Origin: Planctomycetaceae bacterium
GTDB lineage: Bacteria > Planctomycetota > Planctomycetia > Planctomycetales > Planctomycetaceae
Assembly: GCA_036501235.1 (NCBI GenBank)
Contig: DASYAR010000143.1
Location: forward strand, 1-50,967
Direction of reading: 5' to 3'
Length of the DNA: 50,967 bases
In this document: in pieces, positions 50,349 through 50,967 of the stretch
Numbering within the stretch: position 1 is the stretch's first letter
Layout of the letters: the number at the start of each line of letters is the position of its first letter
Made by a program: the position numbers and the translations under genes
The notes under the pieces: generated by a model
What the model was told of the DNA's origin: nothing
Seen by the model: only the letters and a program-made list of their open reading frames with translations
Databases searched by the model: none

Positions 50349-50364
50349 TGACATGATCATGTCA
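50349..50364. promoter_or_regulatory. Perfect 16-bp palindrome over the start codon of the XRE-PBP regulator
   Basis: TGACATGATCATGTCA is its own reverse complement. It covers the ATGs at 50353 and 50359. Confidence 0.45.
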
Positions 50365-50967
50365 CAGACCGGGAACCTGCGCAACAATGTGAAAACGCTT
50401 CGCATGGCGCGGGGGTGGTCACAGGCGGAGTTGGCGCGCCGGGCCGGCATCTCGCGCGCGGCCGTCAGCGCGATCGAAATCGAACGCCTCATCCCGTCAG
50501 TGGCCGCGGCGCTATTTCTCGCCGAGGCTTTCGGCTGCCGCGTCGATGCGCTCTTTTCGCTCAATGGCGCCGTCGGACCACGGACGGAATGGGCCTGGCC
50601 GGCAACGAGCGACCCGTGCCGGTATTGGCATGCGGAAATCGCCGGCAAAGTGCTCCTGTATCCGGTGGAAGCCAGCGGCGGAGGCGTGATCGGGCACGAC
50701 GGCATCTTTTCGCAAGGTGTGTTCGAGCCGCGCAGTCAAAATCTGCCGGAGCAGACTCTTGTGCTGGCTTCGTGCGACCCGGCGGCGGGGCTGCTCGCGG
50801 CAGAACTGGCACGGACGACTCCGATGCGCCTCCTGGTCATTCCGCGCTCAAGTTCGGCAGCGCTGCGGCTGCTGGGGCAAAATCTGGTGCATGCCGCCGG
50901 AGTGCATCTGGCGAAAGCGGGAACGAAACGGGGCAATGCCGCGGCAGTCAAGCGGCAGCTCGGCGGG
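50353..50967 (+). CDS. XRE-type HTH regulator fused to a periplasmic-binding-protein-like domain (partial, runs off the window)
   Basis: Not in the ORF track because it has no stop in the window. Hand translation gives MIMSQTGNLRNNVKTLRMARGWSQAELARRAGISRAAVSAIEIERLIPSVAAALFLAEAFGCRVDALF..., then ...TLVLASCDPAAGLLAAELAR...LLVIPRSSSAALRLLGQNLVHAAGVHL. It stays open for 205 codons to the window end. Confidence 0.65.
   Translation, partial: MIMSQTGNLRNNVKTLRMARGWSQAELARRAGISRAAVSAIEIERLIPSVAAALFLAEAFGCRVDALFSLNGAVGPRTEWAWPATSDPCRYWHAEIAGKVLLYPVEASGGGVIGHDGIFSQGVFEPRSQNLPEQTLVLASCDPAAGLLAAELARTTPMRLLVIPRSSSAALRLLGQNLVHAAGVHLAKAGTKRGNAAAVKRQLGG

Noticed and set aside
1-50967. tRNA, rRNA, tmRNA, RNase P, SRP RNA, transposase, integrase or prophage genes.
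   Set aside because: I scanned the intergenic regions by eye for T-loop-like GGTTCGAATCC-type motifs, conserved RNase P and SRP strings, and DDE or tyrosine recombinase proteins, and found none. A by-eye scan cannot exclude divergent ncRNAs; cmscan and tRNAscan-SE would be decisive.

Overview
GC-rich bacterial chromosomal window. The gene content looks planctomycete-like: a DUF1559 prepilin-like H-X9-DG protein, a DUF1800/DUF1501 pair, a formylglycine-type sulfatase, a BlaI/M56 pair, Flp/Tad genes and dense palindromic intergenic repeats. This taxon call is inference from recalled family distributions, and no search was run. I support about 36 protein genes and found no rRNA, tRNA, CRISPR array, transposase or integrase.

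Gene order, left to right:
- Gfo/Idh/MocA oxidoreductase (-), sulfatase (+), DUF1501 and DUF1800 (-).
- A 12.3-kb gene for a 4,099-aa BlaR1-like M56 metalloprotease-domain membrane protein (-), fused to five ~650-720-aa Ig-like super-modules. A BlaI-type repressor gene with a TACA/TGTA operator and a TTGACA -35 box lies upstream.
- Rieske protein (-), aroC (+), alpha/beta hydrolase and GH5-like hydrolase (+).
- An operon (-) encoding a lidless Hsp70 and a membrane-anchored J-like (HPD changed to HVR) / T2SSE_N-domain protein.
- DUF2784 (-), a CoiA-like nuclease-fold gene (+), a DUF433/DUF5615 toxin-antitoxin pair (-) and a degenerate receiver-like gene (+).
- Thioester-reductase-SCP2 and MMPL transporter genes (-).
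- A partial Tad locus (+): two flp pilin genes (the second is absent from the ORF track), cpaA, cpaB, cpaC and cpaE, with no cpaF/tadB/tadC. The cpaE stop is directly abutted by a prenyltransferase-like alpha/alpha-toroid gene, followed by DUF362, an ABC ATPase, an ABC-2 permease and a TolB-like propeller.
- SDR (+), a BrnT-like/XRE pair (-), a DUF1559 pseudopilin-like gene (+) and a partial XRE-plus-PBP regulator (+) that runs off the end.

At least five families of short hairpin-forming dispersed repeats fill many intergenic gaps. A palindromic AGTACT-heptad repeat sits in frame at module boundaries inside the giant gene.

The most unusual candidates are the giant BlaI/M56 signalling pair, the Hsp70/J-like/T2SSE_N membrane pair, and the truncated Tad locus with non-canonical downstream partners. 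All family names come from motif recognition by eye and need HMM or BLAST confirmation.
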